NCBI GenBank assembly: GCA_002189035.1
Contig: NEEC01000009.1
Location: 1,798,001 to 1,862,000 of the forward strand
Source of the DNA: Utricularia gibba
Lineage: Eukaryota > Plantae > Magnoliophyta
DNA: 64,000 nt
Direction: 5' to 3'
The position numbers were made by a program, and so were the translations under genes. Within the stretch, counting starts at the first letter, position 1. Each line of letters starts with the position of its first letter. This document shows positions 40,035-50,926 of the stretch, piece by piece. The notes beneath the pieces were generated by a model. That model searched no databases and was not told the origin of the DNA. It worked only from the letters and a program-made list of their open reading frames with translations.

Positions 40035-41158
40035 GAAACCAAGAGGGAGAATTTGGGATGCCTTATATAGGGGTTGTGAGATGAAATGCTTCAAAACTTT
40101 AAAATTATGAAAAATTAGATATTTAAAACGAATAATATCTAGATGACATTAATTTACATAATTATAGGTACAAAACTTGAATGATATTTTTTTCTATAAA
40201 AATGTTAAAAAATTCAATAAATTAAATATCCACTCATATTAGTTTAATCTATTAAATACACCAATTTATGATATCTATATTAATTGATATATGATGGATT
40301 ATGAAATAGGCACATGCTAGGTGGAATAATTATAATACTTACATATAAAATTCATAAAAGAATTGAACATCAAATCAGTATCCATTGTGTGAAATCTATT
40401 TGGGGAGTAGATGATTTATGACAACACATGAAAGAGAATAAGGGTGAGAGGGGTTGACATAGGTAACCGTTTTAACAAAATTTGAAAAGTAGTAAAATTG
40501 TAGTAACTTCATAACATCAGATAGTTGTGTCATTAATACCACATATACAATTGTTGGGCATAGAAAGTAACTAAAACCTATAGAATTTGATCGTCTCCAT
40601 TTCTTCAATAATTAGGGAAGTGTTTGAATGAAAAATTATTCCACTCTCTATACATCATTTTGCAATCATTTTTTTTCTTTAGTGAAATCATATATCTGGT
40701 GACTTTATTCAACTTCGTGATTTTTTCTGTTTCCACATAAAAATCATTGTATTCTTTTATTGATTTCATCCCATGATGATCCCAACATCCAAAAACTATA
40801 AATCTAATACACAAACCGATTTCGTAATTCGAAAATAGGCCATCCTCAATAATCCAATTTTCAACCACAACAATATATTATAAATTATTTTATATTAGTT
40901 TAATATCAATTTAAACACAATTTATATTATACTAACAATATTTAAGAATGCTCCAAAAAAAACCCAAAAGAGAATATTATAAGTATGAGAGAGATAGAGA
41001 TAGAGTTTCTTGTTATGTTTCGTGTGTTTGAATAGTTGGTATTCAAGCAATGTTCATGCGCCGAAATGACTTGTGCATCGCCACACTTATTCATCCCATA
41101 AAATGAAAACTAAAAGAAGATCCGGTCGCCGTCGCCGTCGCCGTCGCCGTCTCCTCCG

Positions 41159-41590
41159 TCAAGGATAGTTCCACGTATGGGTTCTGCTCCCAGACCGAGA
41201 CCCAAAATCAAGATTATTGCTTAAGTAAAACCCGTCGCTCCTAACAACCCAGTAGCAGAATCCAGTGGAACATTCGTATTTTATGCCGCCGTTGAAGACG
41301 TCAAATTCCTGCCAATTATAGGGACCCCACCAGAATCGGCAGAAGAACAAAGTGTTGCCTAACAAGTTGTCGCAGAATTCCCATGTTTAGTTCCGGCCGA
41401 TCGTCACATTATGGAACCCGAGATCGTTGTCCCTGGATTCGCAATGAATTCTGAGGGAATCGGAGTTGGGCGGCAGGTCATTCAGTATCTCCACGCTGTA
41501 CTTCTTCGTCAGCACGCACCCCAGGGAGCCCTGCAGGGAAGCTATCACCGCCAGGAGGATGAGGATGAGGAGGAGCTTCATGTCTGCCAT
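41159..41590 (-). pseudogene. SPH-C with a premature stop (TAC to TAA at 41387-41389)
   Basis: Colinear and in frame with SPH-D; GRNY becomes GRN*. Confidence 0.88.
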
Positions 41591-42752
41591 GGAACCAGGG
41601 GAGGATTTGGGATGCCTTATATAGGAGTTGTGTGATGAGATGGTTCAAAACTAGATACTTTTTTTTCGCAAAAGTAAGCATTTCAAATTATCAAAATTAG
41701 ATATTTAAAATGAACAATATTGAGGTGACATTAATATACATAATTATAGGTACAAAACTTGAATGATATTTTTTCTATAAAAATGTTAAAGAATTCAATA
41801 AATTAAATATCCACTCATATTAGTTTAATATATTAAATACACTATTTTGTGATATCCATATTAATTGATATATGATGGAGTATGAATTCAGTACATGCCA
41901 CGTGGAATGATAATAAGATGGATACACAAACAGTCAGAAGCATGGAACATCAAATTGATACCCATTGGGTGAAGTCCATTTCTAGAGGAGATGATTTCTA
42001 CAACACATGACAAAGAATAGAGATGAGAGGTGTTGAAATAAGATGAGTTACTCATTTCAACAAAACCTGAAAATAATTGAATTGCAGTAATCCCAAAACA
42101 GTCATTGGTTATATTACCACATATACAATTGTTAGACGTAGAAAGTAACTGATATCTGTAAAATTCAATCAATCTCGAATTCTCTGATAAATAGAAAATC
42201 ATTTGGAGTAAAAATGATTACACCCTATATACATTATTTTGTAACCTTTTTTTATTCTCTTTATTGAAACCATATATACGGTAAGTCACTTCAGTTCCGT
42301 GGTTTTTTCTATTTCATCGGTTTACATGTAAAAATCATTATATTCTTTTATTGCTTTCATCCCAACAATGATCCCAACACTTGAAAACAATAAATCAGAT
42401 ACACATTAACTGATTTTGTAATCCTAAAATCGGCCATCCTCTATAATCTGATTTTCTACTGCAATAATATATTATAAATTATTTTATATTAGTTTAATAT
42501 CAATTTAAACACAATTTATATTATACTAAAAATATTTAAGAATGTTTCAAAAAAAAGCCCAAAAGTGAATATTATTTTTAAGTATGAGAAAGATAGATAT
42601 AGAGTTTCTTGTTATGTTTAATGTGTTTGAATGAGTTGGTATTGAAGGAATGTTCCAAAAGTTCATGCCAAAATGACTTGTGCATCGCACACTTATTCAT
42701 CCCATAAAATGAACACTAAAAGAAGATCCGGTCGCCGTCGCCGTCTCCTCCG

Positions 42753-43178
42753 TCAAGGATAGTTCCATATATGGGCTCTGTACCAAGACCCAAAATCAAG
42801 ATTATTGGTTAAGAAAAACCCGTCGTTCCTAACAACCCAGTAGCAGAATCCAGTGGAGCAGTCGGATTTTATGTCGCCGTTGAAGACGTCAAATCTCTGC
42901 CAATTATAGGGACCCCACCAGAAACGGCAGAAGAACAAAGTGTTGCCCAAAAAGTTGTCGCAGAATTCCCATGTGTAGTTCCGGCCGATCGTCACATTAT
43001 GGAACCCGAGATCGTTGTCCCTGGATTCGCAATGAATTCTGAGGGAATCGGAGTTGGGCGGCAGGTCATTCAGTATCTCCACGCTGTACTTCTTCGTCAG
43101 CACGCACCCCCGGGAGCCCTGCAGGGGAGCTATCACCGCCACGAGGATGAGGATGAGGAGGAGCTTCATGTCTGCCAT
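42753..43178 (-). CDS. SPH-D, intact (141 aa)
   Basis: Signal peptide, HCESRDNDLG, FCDN, FFCRFWW, CSTGFCYW, DGFF. Confidence 0.92.
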   Translation of the reverse strand: MADMKLLLILILVAVIAPLQGSRGCVLTKKYSVEILNDLPPNSDSLRIHCESRDNDLGFHNVTIGRNYTWEFCDNFLGNTLFFCRFWWGPYNWQRFDVFNGDIKSDCSTGFCYWVVRNDGFFLTNNLDFGSWYRAHIWNYP

Positions 43179-44301
43179 GGAAACAGGGGGGAGGATTTGG
43201 GGTGCCTTATATAGGAGTTTGAGATGAGATGGTTCAAAACTAGATACTTGTTTTTCGAAAAAGTAAGCACTTCAAATTATCAAAATTACATATTTAAAAC
43301 CTACAATATCGAGGTGACATTAATATACATAATTATAGTTACAAAACTTGAATGATATTTTTTCTAGAAAAATGTTAAAGAATTCAATAAATTAAATATC
43401 CACCCATATTAGTTTAATCTATTAAATACACTATTTTATGATATCATATAAGATGGATACACAAATTGACAGAAGAATTGAACACCAAATTGGTACCCAT
43501 TGGATGAAATGGGTTTAGGGAGGAGATGATTTATGACAACACATGACAAAGAATAGGGTTGACAGGGGATTAAATAGGACAGAGTTAGCTGTTTCAATAA
43601 AACCTGAAAAGTACCCCAATTGCATGAACCTCAAGACATCCATCGATTATGTGTCAACAGTACTACATGCATAATCAGAGGATGTAAAAATTAGTTGACA
43701 CCCATAGAATTCAATCAGCTCGATTTCTTCAATAAATAGAAAAATGTTTGAAGTAAAAATTATTCTACTCTCTATACATCATTTTGTAACCCTTATTTAA
43801 TTCTCTTTAATAAAACCATATCTCCAGTAAATCCCTCCAATTCCATGGTTTTTTTCCGTTCCATTGGTTTCCACATAAAAATCATTATATTCTTTTATTG
43901 CTTTCATCCTCATGACGATCCCAACATCCAAAAACTATAAATCTAATACACAAACCGATTTCGTAATCCAAAAATAGGCCATCCTCAATAATCCCATTTT
44001 CAACCACAACAATATATTCTAAATTATTTTATATTAGTTTAATATCAATTTAAACACAATTTATATTATAATAAAATATTTAAGAATGTTCCAAAAAAAC
44101 CCAAAAAGAGAATATTATTTTTCACAATGAGAGAGAGATAGAGATTTTATTATTATGTTTAGTGTGTTTGAATAGTTGGTGTTCAAGGAATGTTCCAAAT
44201 GTTCATCGGCAAAAATGACTTGTACATCGCCACACTTATTCATCCCATAAAATGAAAACTAAAAGAAGATCCGGTCGCCGTCGCCGTCGCCGTCTCCTCC
44301 G

Positions 44302-44724
44302 TCAGGGATAGTTCCATAGATAGCGTTTGTCCCAATACCCATAATCAAGTTTATTGGTGAAGTAAAACCCGTCGCCCTTAACAACCCAGTAGCAGAATCC
44401 AGTGGAGCAGTCGGATTTTACGCCGCCGTTGAAGACGTCGAATTTCTGCCAATGATAGGGATCCCACCAGAAACGGCAGAAGAACAAAGTGTTACCCAAA
44501 ATGTTGTCGCAGAATTCCCATTGGTAGCTCTGGCCGATCGTCAGATTATGGAACCCGAGATCGTTGTCCTTGGATTCGCAATGAATTCTGAGGGTATCGG
44601 CGTTGGGCAGGTCGTTCACTATCTCCACGCTGTACTTCTTCGTCAGCACGCACCCCAGGGAGCCCTGCAGGGGAGCTATCGCCGCCACGAGGATGAGGAT
44701 GAGGAGGAGCTTCATGTCTGCCAT
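44302..44724 (-). CDS. SPH-E, intact (140 aa)
   Basis: Signal peptide, HCESKDNDLG, FCDN, FFCRFWW, CSTGFCYW, DGFY. Confidence 0.92.
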   Translation of the reverse strand: MADMKLLLILILVAAIAPLQGSLGCVLTKKYSVEIVNDLPNADTLRIHCESKDNDLGFHNLTIGQSYQWEFCDNILGNTLFFCRFWWDPYHWQKFDVFNGGVKSDCSTGFCYWVVKGDGFYFTNKLDYGYWDKRYLWNYP

Positions 44725-45262
44725 GGAACCAGGGGGAGGATTTGAGGTGCCTTATATAGGAGTTTGAGATGAGATGGTTCAAAACTAGATACTTTTTTTT
44801 TCGCAAAAATAAGAATTTGAAATTATCAAAATTATATATTTAAAACGAACAATATGGAAGTGACATTAATATATATAATTATAGTTACAAAAGTCAAATA
44901 ATATTTATTCAATAAATTAAATATTCACTCATAATTAGTTTAATCTATTAAATACACCAATTTATGATATCTATATTAATTTATCTATTATAAATTATAT
45001 TTTTATTAGTGTCATATCAATTTAAACACAATTTATGTTATACTACAAATATTTATGAATGCTCCAAAAAACCCAAAAGCGAATATTATTTTTCAGAATG
45101 AGAGAGAGATAGAGTTTAGGGTTTAGTGTGTTAACTTTGAAGAGTTTGTTCAAGGAATGTTCCAAATGTTCATGCGCCAAAAGGACTCGTGCATCGCCAC
45201 ACTTATTCATAACATAAAATGAAAACTAGAAGAAGATCCAGTCGCCGTCTTCTCCGTCAGGC

Positions 45263-45676
45263 CTAGTTCCATGTATAGCGTTTGTCCAAATACCCAACAT
45301 CAACATCATTGGTTATGTAAAACCCGTCGCTCTGAACAACCCAGTTGCAGACTCCAGTGGGGCACTTGGATTCTATCGCGTGGCTGAAGACGTCGAATTC
45401 CTGCCAGTGCTGTGCCCCCCACCAGAAATGGCAGAAGAACAAAGTGGTGTCGAAATAGTTGTCGCAGAAATTCCACTTGTAGCTCTGGTCTATCTTCAGA
45501 TAATGTAACCCGAGATCGTTGTCCTTGGATTGGCAATGAATTCTGAGGTCATCGGAGTCGGGCAGCAGCTGGTTCAGTATCACCACGCTGTATTTCTGCG
45601 TCAGCACGCACCCCCGGGAGGCCTGCAGGGGCGCTATGATCGCCAGGAGGATGAGGAGGAGCTTCACGTCTGCCAT
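45263..45676 (-). CDS. SPH-F, intact (137 aa)
   Basis: Signal peptide, HCQSKDNDLG, FCDN, FFCHFWW, CPTGVCNW, DGFY. Confidence 0.92.
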   Translation of the reverse strand: MADVKLLLILLAIIAPLQASRGCVLTQKYSVVILNQLLPDSDDLRIHCQSKDNDLGLHYLKIDQSYKWNFCDNYFDTTLFFCHFWWGAQHWQEFDVFSHAIESKCPTGVCNWVVQSDGFYITNDVDVGYLDKRYTWN

Positions 45677-46564
45677 GAAACCAAGGGGAGAACTTGGGGG
45701 TGCCTTATATAGGAGCTGTGAGGGCTCATGAATTCGAATTGAATGATAAAATGTTGATTTTGGGTGCGGGATTCAAGGCCTTGTAGTGAATGTGGTCAGT
45801 CAAAAGGTGCCTCTAGGGATAACTTAATGATGGTAACTATTAATTTCACAAATGTGGGAGTAGGTGAAAAAGTAATTTATTTGAATTATGTATATTTAAA
45901 TAAATAAAGAGAAAAAAATCAAAATTGCAAAAAAGGTAATTTAAGTTGTCCAAACTTTGATAATTTTTAAAATTTTTAAAAAATGAAATGATTCATAGTT
46001 TCGTGAAACAATTCTAGTTTCAAATTTAACAATTTTTTTTATTCAAACTTTTTACATTTGCATATGAAGTTATATAAATCAAATGATACTTCTGTTAAGG
46101 TTATACCACATTTGTATCTCGTATGATTCGAATTGACGATGGTTATATTACATTTATGTCTCATATGATTCAAAATAATGATGATTATATTGTGTCTCGT
46201 ATGATGTAACGTTATAACGACGTTTTAGAGTCAAAATCAATTAATTTTGATAATATAATAAGTTAAATATGCAATTTCATAAGTTCAGGTGGAAATTATT
46301 TACAAAAACACATATAATGTAACTTTGAAACTCTAAGTTGGATGCCCAATAAATATTGTTTTCATTGAATAATTAACAAGAATACAAAACCCTATATTTG
46401 TAGGAATTAGGGAATGAGATGAGAGTTTCATGAGAATGGAATATTCCAATGGCTGATGTTGGTGTTTCTTTAGGAATCATGGTTGATAGATATGGAATAG
46501 GGGACAGGAAAAACTTGCTTATTTCAAGAAAAAAAGTAGAAGACACCCCACCCCGTCTACTCCC

Positions 46565-46993
46565 TCAGTTCCATCCATACTCTTTGGTCCACATCCCATG
46601 GGCATAATCATCAGTGAAGTAAAACCCGTCAGTCCTTGCAACCCAGAAGCAGGTTCCAGTGGAGCATCGGGAACCTATCCTCTGGTTGAACACATTGAAT
46701 ACCTGGAAAAGATCGGCGCCCCACCAGAAATGACAGAAGAACAGAGGGGTATGGAAGTAGTTGTCGCAGAAATCCCATTTGAAGGCCTGGTTCATCGTCA
46801 GATTATGGAACCCCAGATCGTTGTCCCTGGATTGACAATGAAAACTGAGGGGATCGAAGTCGAGGGGCAGCTGGCTCAGTATCAGCACGGTGTAGCCCTT
46901 GGTCGCGACGCACCCGCCGGAGGCCGGCATGGCGCAGTAGGGCGATATGACCGCCAGGAGGATGAGGATGAGGAGGAGCTTCATGTCTGCCAT
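46565..46993 (-). CDS. SPH-G, intact (142 aa)
   Basis: Signal peptide, HCQSRDNDLG, FCDN, FFCHFWW, CSTGTCFW, DGFY. Confidence 0.92.
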   Translation of the reverse strand: MADMKLLLILILLAVISPYCAMPASGGCVATKGYTVLILSQLPLDFDPLSFHCQSRDNDLGFHNLTMNQAFKWDFCDNYFHTPLFFCHFWWGADLFQVFNVFNQRIGSRCSTGTCFWVARTDGFYFTDDYAHGMWTKEYGWN

Positions 46994-47691
46994 GAAACCA
47001 AGAGGGAGAATTTGGGATGCCTTATATAGGAGTCGCGCATCACCGGATGATGGATTGCATGAATTCCAACTCAATGTGATCTGCGTAATAAAATGTTGAT
47101 TTTGGGTGCGGGATTCAAGGCCTTGTGGTGAATGTGGTCAGTCAAAAGGTGCCTCTAGGGATAACTTAATGATGGTAACTATTAATTTCACAAAGGTGGG
47201 AGTAGGTGTATTAGTAATTTATTTGAATTATGTATATTTAAATAAAAAATAATATCTTGTTTGATTAAGAAAATTGAAATGGGGCAAAAGTTTTGAACAT
47301 AATTGGAGAAATTATACAAATGTTTAACCTGTGTATTAAATAAATGAGAAAATTATAATATGATTTAAAATGAAAATATTATGATTTGGAAAATAACGGT
47401 TATATCACATTCATATGATTCAAAATAACGATAGTTATATTGTGTCTTGTATAATATACTATTATAATGATGTTAGAGTCAAAATAAGTTAGTTTTAGTA
47501 ACATGAGACGTCAAATATATAATCTCATAAATTTAAGCATAAAATGTTTGTTTATAACAAAAACAAGTTGAGGAATTTACAAAGTAATTTTAAAATTTAA
47601 GGAATATTTATAAGAATTAGGGAAATGATCCGCAAAAGGATGAGATTAGAGTTTCAGTGAATGGAATATTCCATTGGTGTTTCTTTAGGAA

Positions 47692-48198
47692 TCATAGTTG
47701 GCATGGAATAGTAAACTGGAAAAACTTCCTTATTTCAAGAACAAAACTATAAGACACCCCCCGTCTCCTCCCTCGGTTCCATCCATACTCTCTGCTCCAC
47801 GCCCCAGAGGCCATATCATCGGTGAAGTAAAACCCGTCAATGCTTACAATCCAGTTGCAGACTCCAGTGGAGAAGCATCGGGAACCTATCCTCCGGTTGA
47901 AGACATCGAATACCTGGGAACGATCGGCGCCCCACCAGAAATGACAGAAGAACAGAGTGGTGTGGAAGTAGTTGTCGCAGAACTCCCATTGGTAGCCCAC
48001 GTTCAACGTCAGATTATGGTACCCGAGATCGTTGTCCTTGGATTGGCAATGAACTCTGAGGGAATCGGTGCTGAGGGGCAGCTGGCTCAGTATCTCCACG
48101 GTGTAGCCCTTGGTCGCAACGCACCCGCCGGAGACCTGCAGGGCGCAGTAGGGCGCCATGGCCGCCAGGAGGATGAGGAGGAGCTTCATGTCTGCCAT
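47692..48198 (-). CDS. SPH-H with stop-loss extension (168 aa)
   Basis: Full SPH motifs; the codon matching SPH-G's TGA is CGA (47773-47775). Confidence 0.88.
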   Translation of the reverse strand: MADMKLLLILLAAMAPYCALQVSGGCVATKGYTVEILSQLPLSTDSLRVHCQSKDNDLGYHNLTLNVGYQWEFCDNYFHTTLFFCHFWWGADRSQVFDVFNRRIGSRCFSTGVCNWIVSIDGFYFTDDMASGAWSREYGWNRGRRRGVSYSFVLEIRKFFQFTIPCQL

Positions 48199-49157
48199 GG
48201 AACAAAGGGAGAGGAATTGGGAGTGCGTTATATAGGAGTTGTGAGGTGATGATGGATTGCAGGAACTCCAACTGAATGTGATCTGCGTAATAAAATGTTG
48301 ATTTTGGGTGCGGGATTCAAGGCCTTGTGGTGATTTTATATGGTAAGTGAAAGGGTAGGTGCCTCTAGGGATAAGTGAATGATGGTAACTTCTAATTTCA
48401 TAAAGGTGGGAGCAGGTGTATTAGTAATTTATGTGAATTACTTGTATCTAGATAAGCAAATGCCATATGCTTAAAGTTAAAAAAACAATAGATTTTACGA
48501 ATATATGATTAAAGAAATATCATATTGGATATTAATTAAAAAAAATCAAGCCTTGTTTGATTAAGAAAATTGATATGTAACAAGAGTTTTGAAGGACATG
48601 ATTGGAGAAATTATACAAATGTTTGACACGTGTAGTAAATAAATATAGTTTTCATGGAAAAAGAAACAATACTAAAAAAAACATCTTTTTGGGAATGTGA
48701 TAATATGGGTATTAAAAAGGGGTCTTTTATAAAAATGATCATCTTCCTTTTATCTCATATACTAAATTTTTACATGTGGTCATTTTTATCACACACATAC
48801 AGTAGCTACTTTTTAATACATCCCATTAAAGAGTGACCAAAAATAATATCAATACATTTTGGCGTTGCTTGCACTGTGGTGCTGTTCATGTGCATGAGGC
48901 TGCTGGCTGGCTGCTGTTAGAACAATGCAGACTCAGCGTTTTACAACACAGGGCTTCAAGATATTAGTTACTACAAAACCATGTATTTGTATGAATTAGG
49001 GAAATGATCTGCAAGAGGATGAAATGAGAGTTCATGTTCATGGAAATTCCACTGGCTGATGTGGTGTTTCTTTAGGAATCACAGTAGACATGGAATAAGA
49101 AACTGGACAAACTTCCTTATTACAAGAACAAAACTAGAAGACTCCTCGTCTCCTCCC

Positions 49158-49583
49158 TCAGTTCCATGCATAGACTCTGGTCCACGTCCCATGAGCAAAA
49201 TCATTGGTGAAGTAAAACCCGTCACTCTTCGCAACCCAGTAGCAGGATTCAGTGGGGGCGCATTGGGGACTTATCCTGTGGTTGAAGACGTCGAATGCCT
49301 GGGAATGATCGGCGCCCCACCAGAAATGGCAGAAGTACAGAGTGGTGTGGAGGTAGTTGTCGCAGAAGTCCCATTTGTAGCCCTCGTCCATCGTCAGATT
49401 ATGGAACCCCAAATCGGTGTCCTTGGATTGGCAGTGAAATAAGAGGTCATCGGAGTTGAGCGGCAGCTGGCTCACTATCTCCACGCTGTAGCCCTGCGTC
49501 AGCACGCACCCGCCGGAGGCCTGCATGACGCAGTAAGGTGCTATGATCGCCAGGAAGATGAGGAGGAGCTTCATGTCCGCCAT
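49158..49583 (-). CDS. SPH-I, intact (141 aa)
   Basis: Signal peptide, HCQSKDTDLG, FCDN, YFCHFWW, CAPTESCYW, DGFY. Confidence 0.92.
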   Translation of the reverse strand: MADMKLLLIFLAIIAPYCVMQASGGCVLTQGYSVEIVSQLPLNSDDLLFHCQSKDTDLGFHNLTMDEGYKWDFCDNYLHTTLYFCHFWWGADHSQAFDVFNHRISPQCAPTESCYWVAKSDGFYFTNDFAHGTWTRVYAWN

Positions 49584-49929
49584 GGAACCAAGGGGAGAAC
49601 TGGGGTTCCTTATATAGGGGTTTGTGAGATGAGATGGTTCACCGGATTCTTCCCCAGATTGCTCCTCCTGATGAATTGCATGAATTCCAACTGAATGTGA
49701 TCTGCGTAATAAAATTTTGATTTTGGTCGCGGAATTTAAGTCAAAAGATGCTTGTTACGAAAAATTTAATTACGGGTTAGTGTTGATACTATAATTTAAT
49801 TAAAATATATTTAAATTATTTATATTTGGATAAGCATGAGGTACTTATGATATATTTAGTGATTAATATGGGGCATTAAAGAGTGGCTCAAATAATTTTA
49901 TTTCTGGATGGAGGCGCCCAAGGCGTTGG

Positions 49930-50090
49930 AGTGAATGGGATTCGGTTTCAGAAATGCTTCCTGATGCAGTGGTTGACGCTGAGGTTATGGAACCGGAGGC
50001 GCAGATGGTCGGAGTTCTGAGCAGCTGATGCTAGGGTTGCAGGACGGAGGAGGAGGCCGAGAGGGCTAGCAGAAGGATGAGGAGCTTCAT
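49930..50090 (-). pseudogene. Degenerate SPH 5' relic
   Basis: ATG AAG CTC CTC ATC signal peptide (MKLLILLLALS) then a stop; remnants DHLRL and FHNLS in a shifted frame. Confidence 0.6.
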
Positions 50091-50449
50091 GGATGGGGAT
50101 GGCACTGAGCTACGACAGTTGCTCACATTTTGTGGCATCCATTGGACTCTTCTGTGCGACTTTTCATGTAGTGTGTTGGGGTTGGAATTATGGGATTCCA
50201 ATATTTCACCAAGAACTGCATAAAGAAAAAAAAAACCCAGGCACTGTGACAGGCCTCACAATTCTTACATTTTTTTGCACTTCAAGATGATTTATTTAGT
50301 TGTAAGCAGAATGTTCCGTACTCCCACATTCTTATCATACCACAAATCGGAAACCAAGATAATGAAATAGCAATTTATCAGATACTGGGACTGCTCATCA
50401 AGTTCCAACTTTTATTTTTCTTGAATCGCTACCTTGGATTTCAAAAACC

Positions 50450-50926
50450 CTAGAGTTGAACCTCAGGAGCAAGAGCAGGAGCCTGATCAGGAATGGGTTC
50501 CCAGTTGAACTGCTTCACTGCAGGCCTCAACATGTTTCGAGTGAAGTAGATGCCGTCTGCCCTGGCGATCCAGTTGCAAACATGGTCCTTCCTGCACATG
50601 TCCGCATTTCGCGATGTGAAGGCATCGAAGCTTTTGGTGTACTCCGGCTCCCACCAAAGATGACAAAAGAAGAGCGTTCGCGCGAAAACATCATCGCAGA
50701 ACTTCCATGCGAACACAGGGTTACTACTCGTAGTAAGGTTATGATAACCTAGGTCGTTGTCCTTGGAGGCGCAGTGAATCTTTAGTTTATCAGATCCCGA
50801 AGGAAGCTGGTTGATGATTCTGACGGTGTATTCGAAGGTCCAGAAGCAGTTGCCGGCGTCGCAATGCAGAAAAAAGAGAGGCGATCCCGCGACGAGGAGG
50901 AAGAAGAACAGACTGGTGGTCTTCAT
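50450..50926 (-). CDS. SPH-J (subgroup II), intact with Pro/Ala-rich tail
   Basis: MKTTSLFFFLL signal, HCASKDNDLGYH, FCDD, FFCHLWW, CRKDHVCNW, DGIYF. The real ATG is at 50926; the ORF-track start at 50959 is TTG. Confidence 0.92.
   Translation of the reverse strand: MKTTSLFFFLLVAGSPLFFLHCDAGNCFWTFEYTVRIINQLPSGSDKLKIHCASKDNDLGYHNLTTSSNPVFAWKFCDDVFARTLFFCHLWWEPEYTKSFDAFTSRNADMCRKDHVCNWIARADGIYFTRNMLRPAVKQFNWEPIPDQAPALAPEVQL

Noticed and set aside
43450-43500. Plus-strand IEHQIGTHWMKW resembling RTE retrotransposon RT (HRI..GWMKW)
   Set aside because: The similarity does not extend downstream and is not kept in the other two copies. Left as unidentified under the spacer-insert finding.
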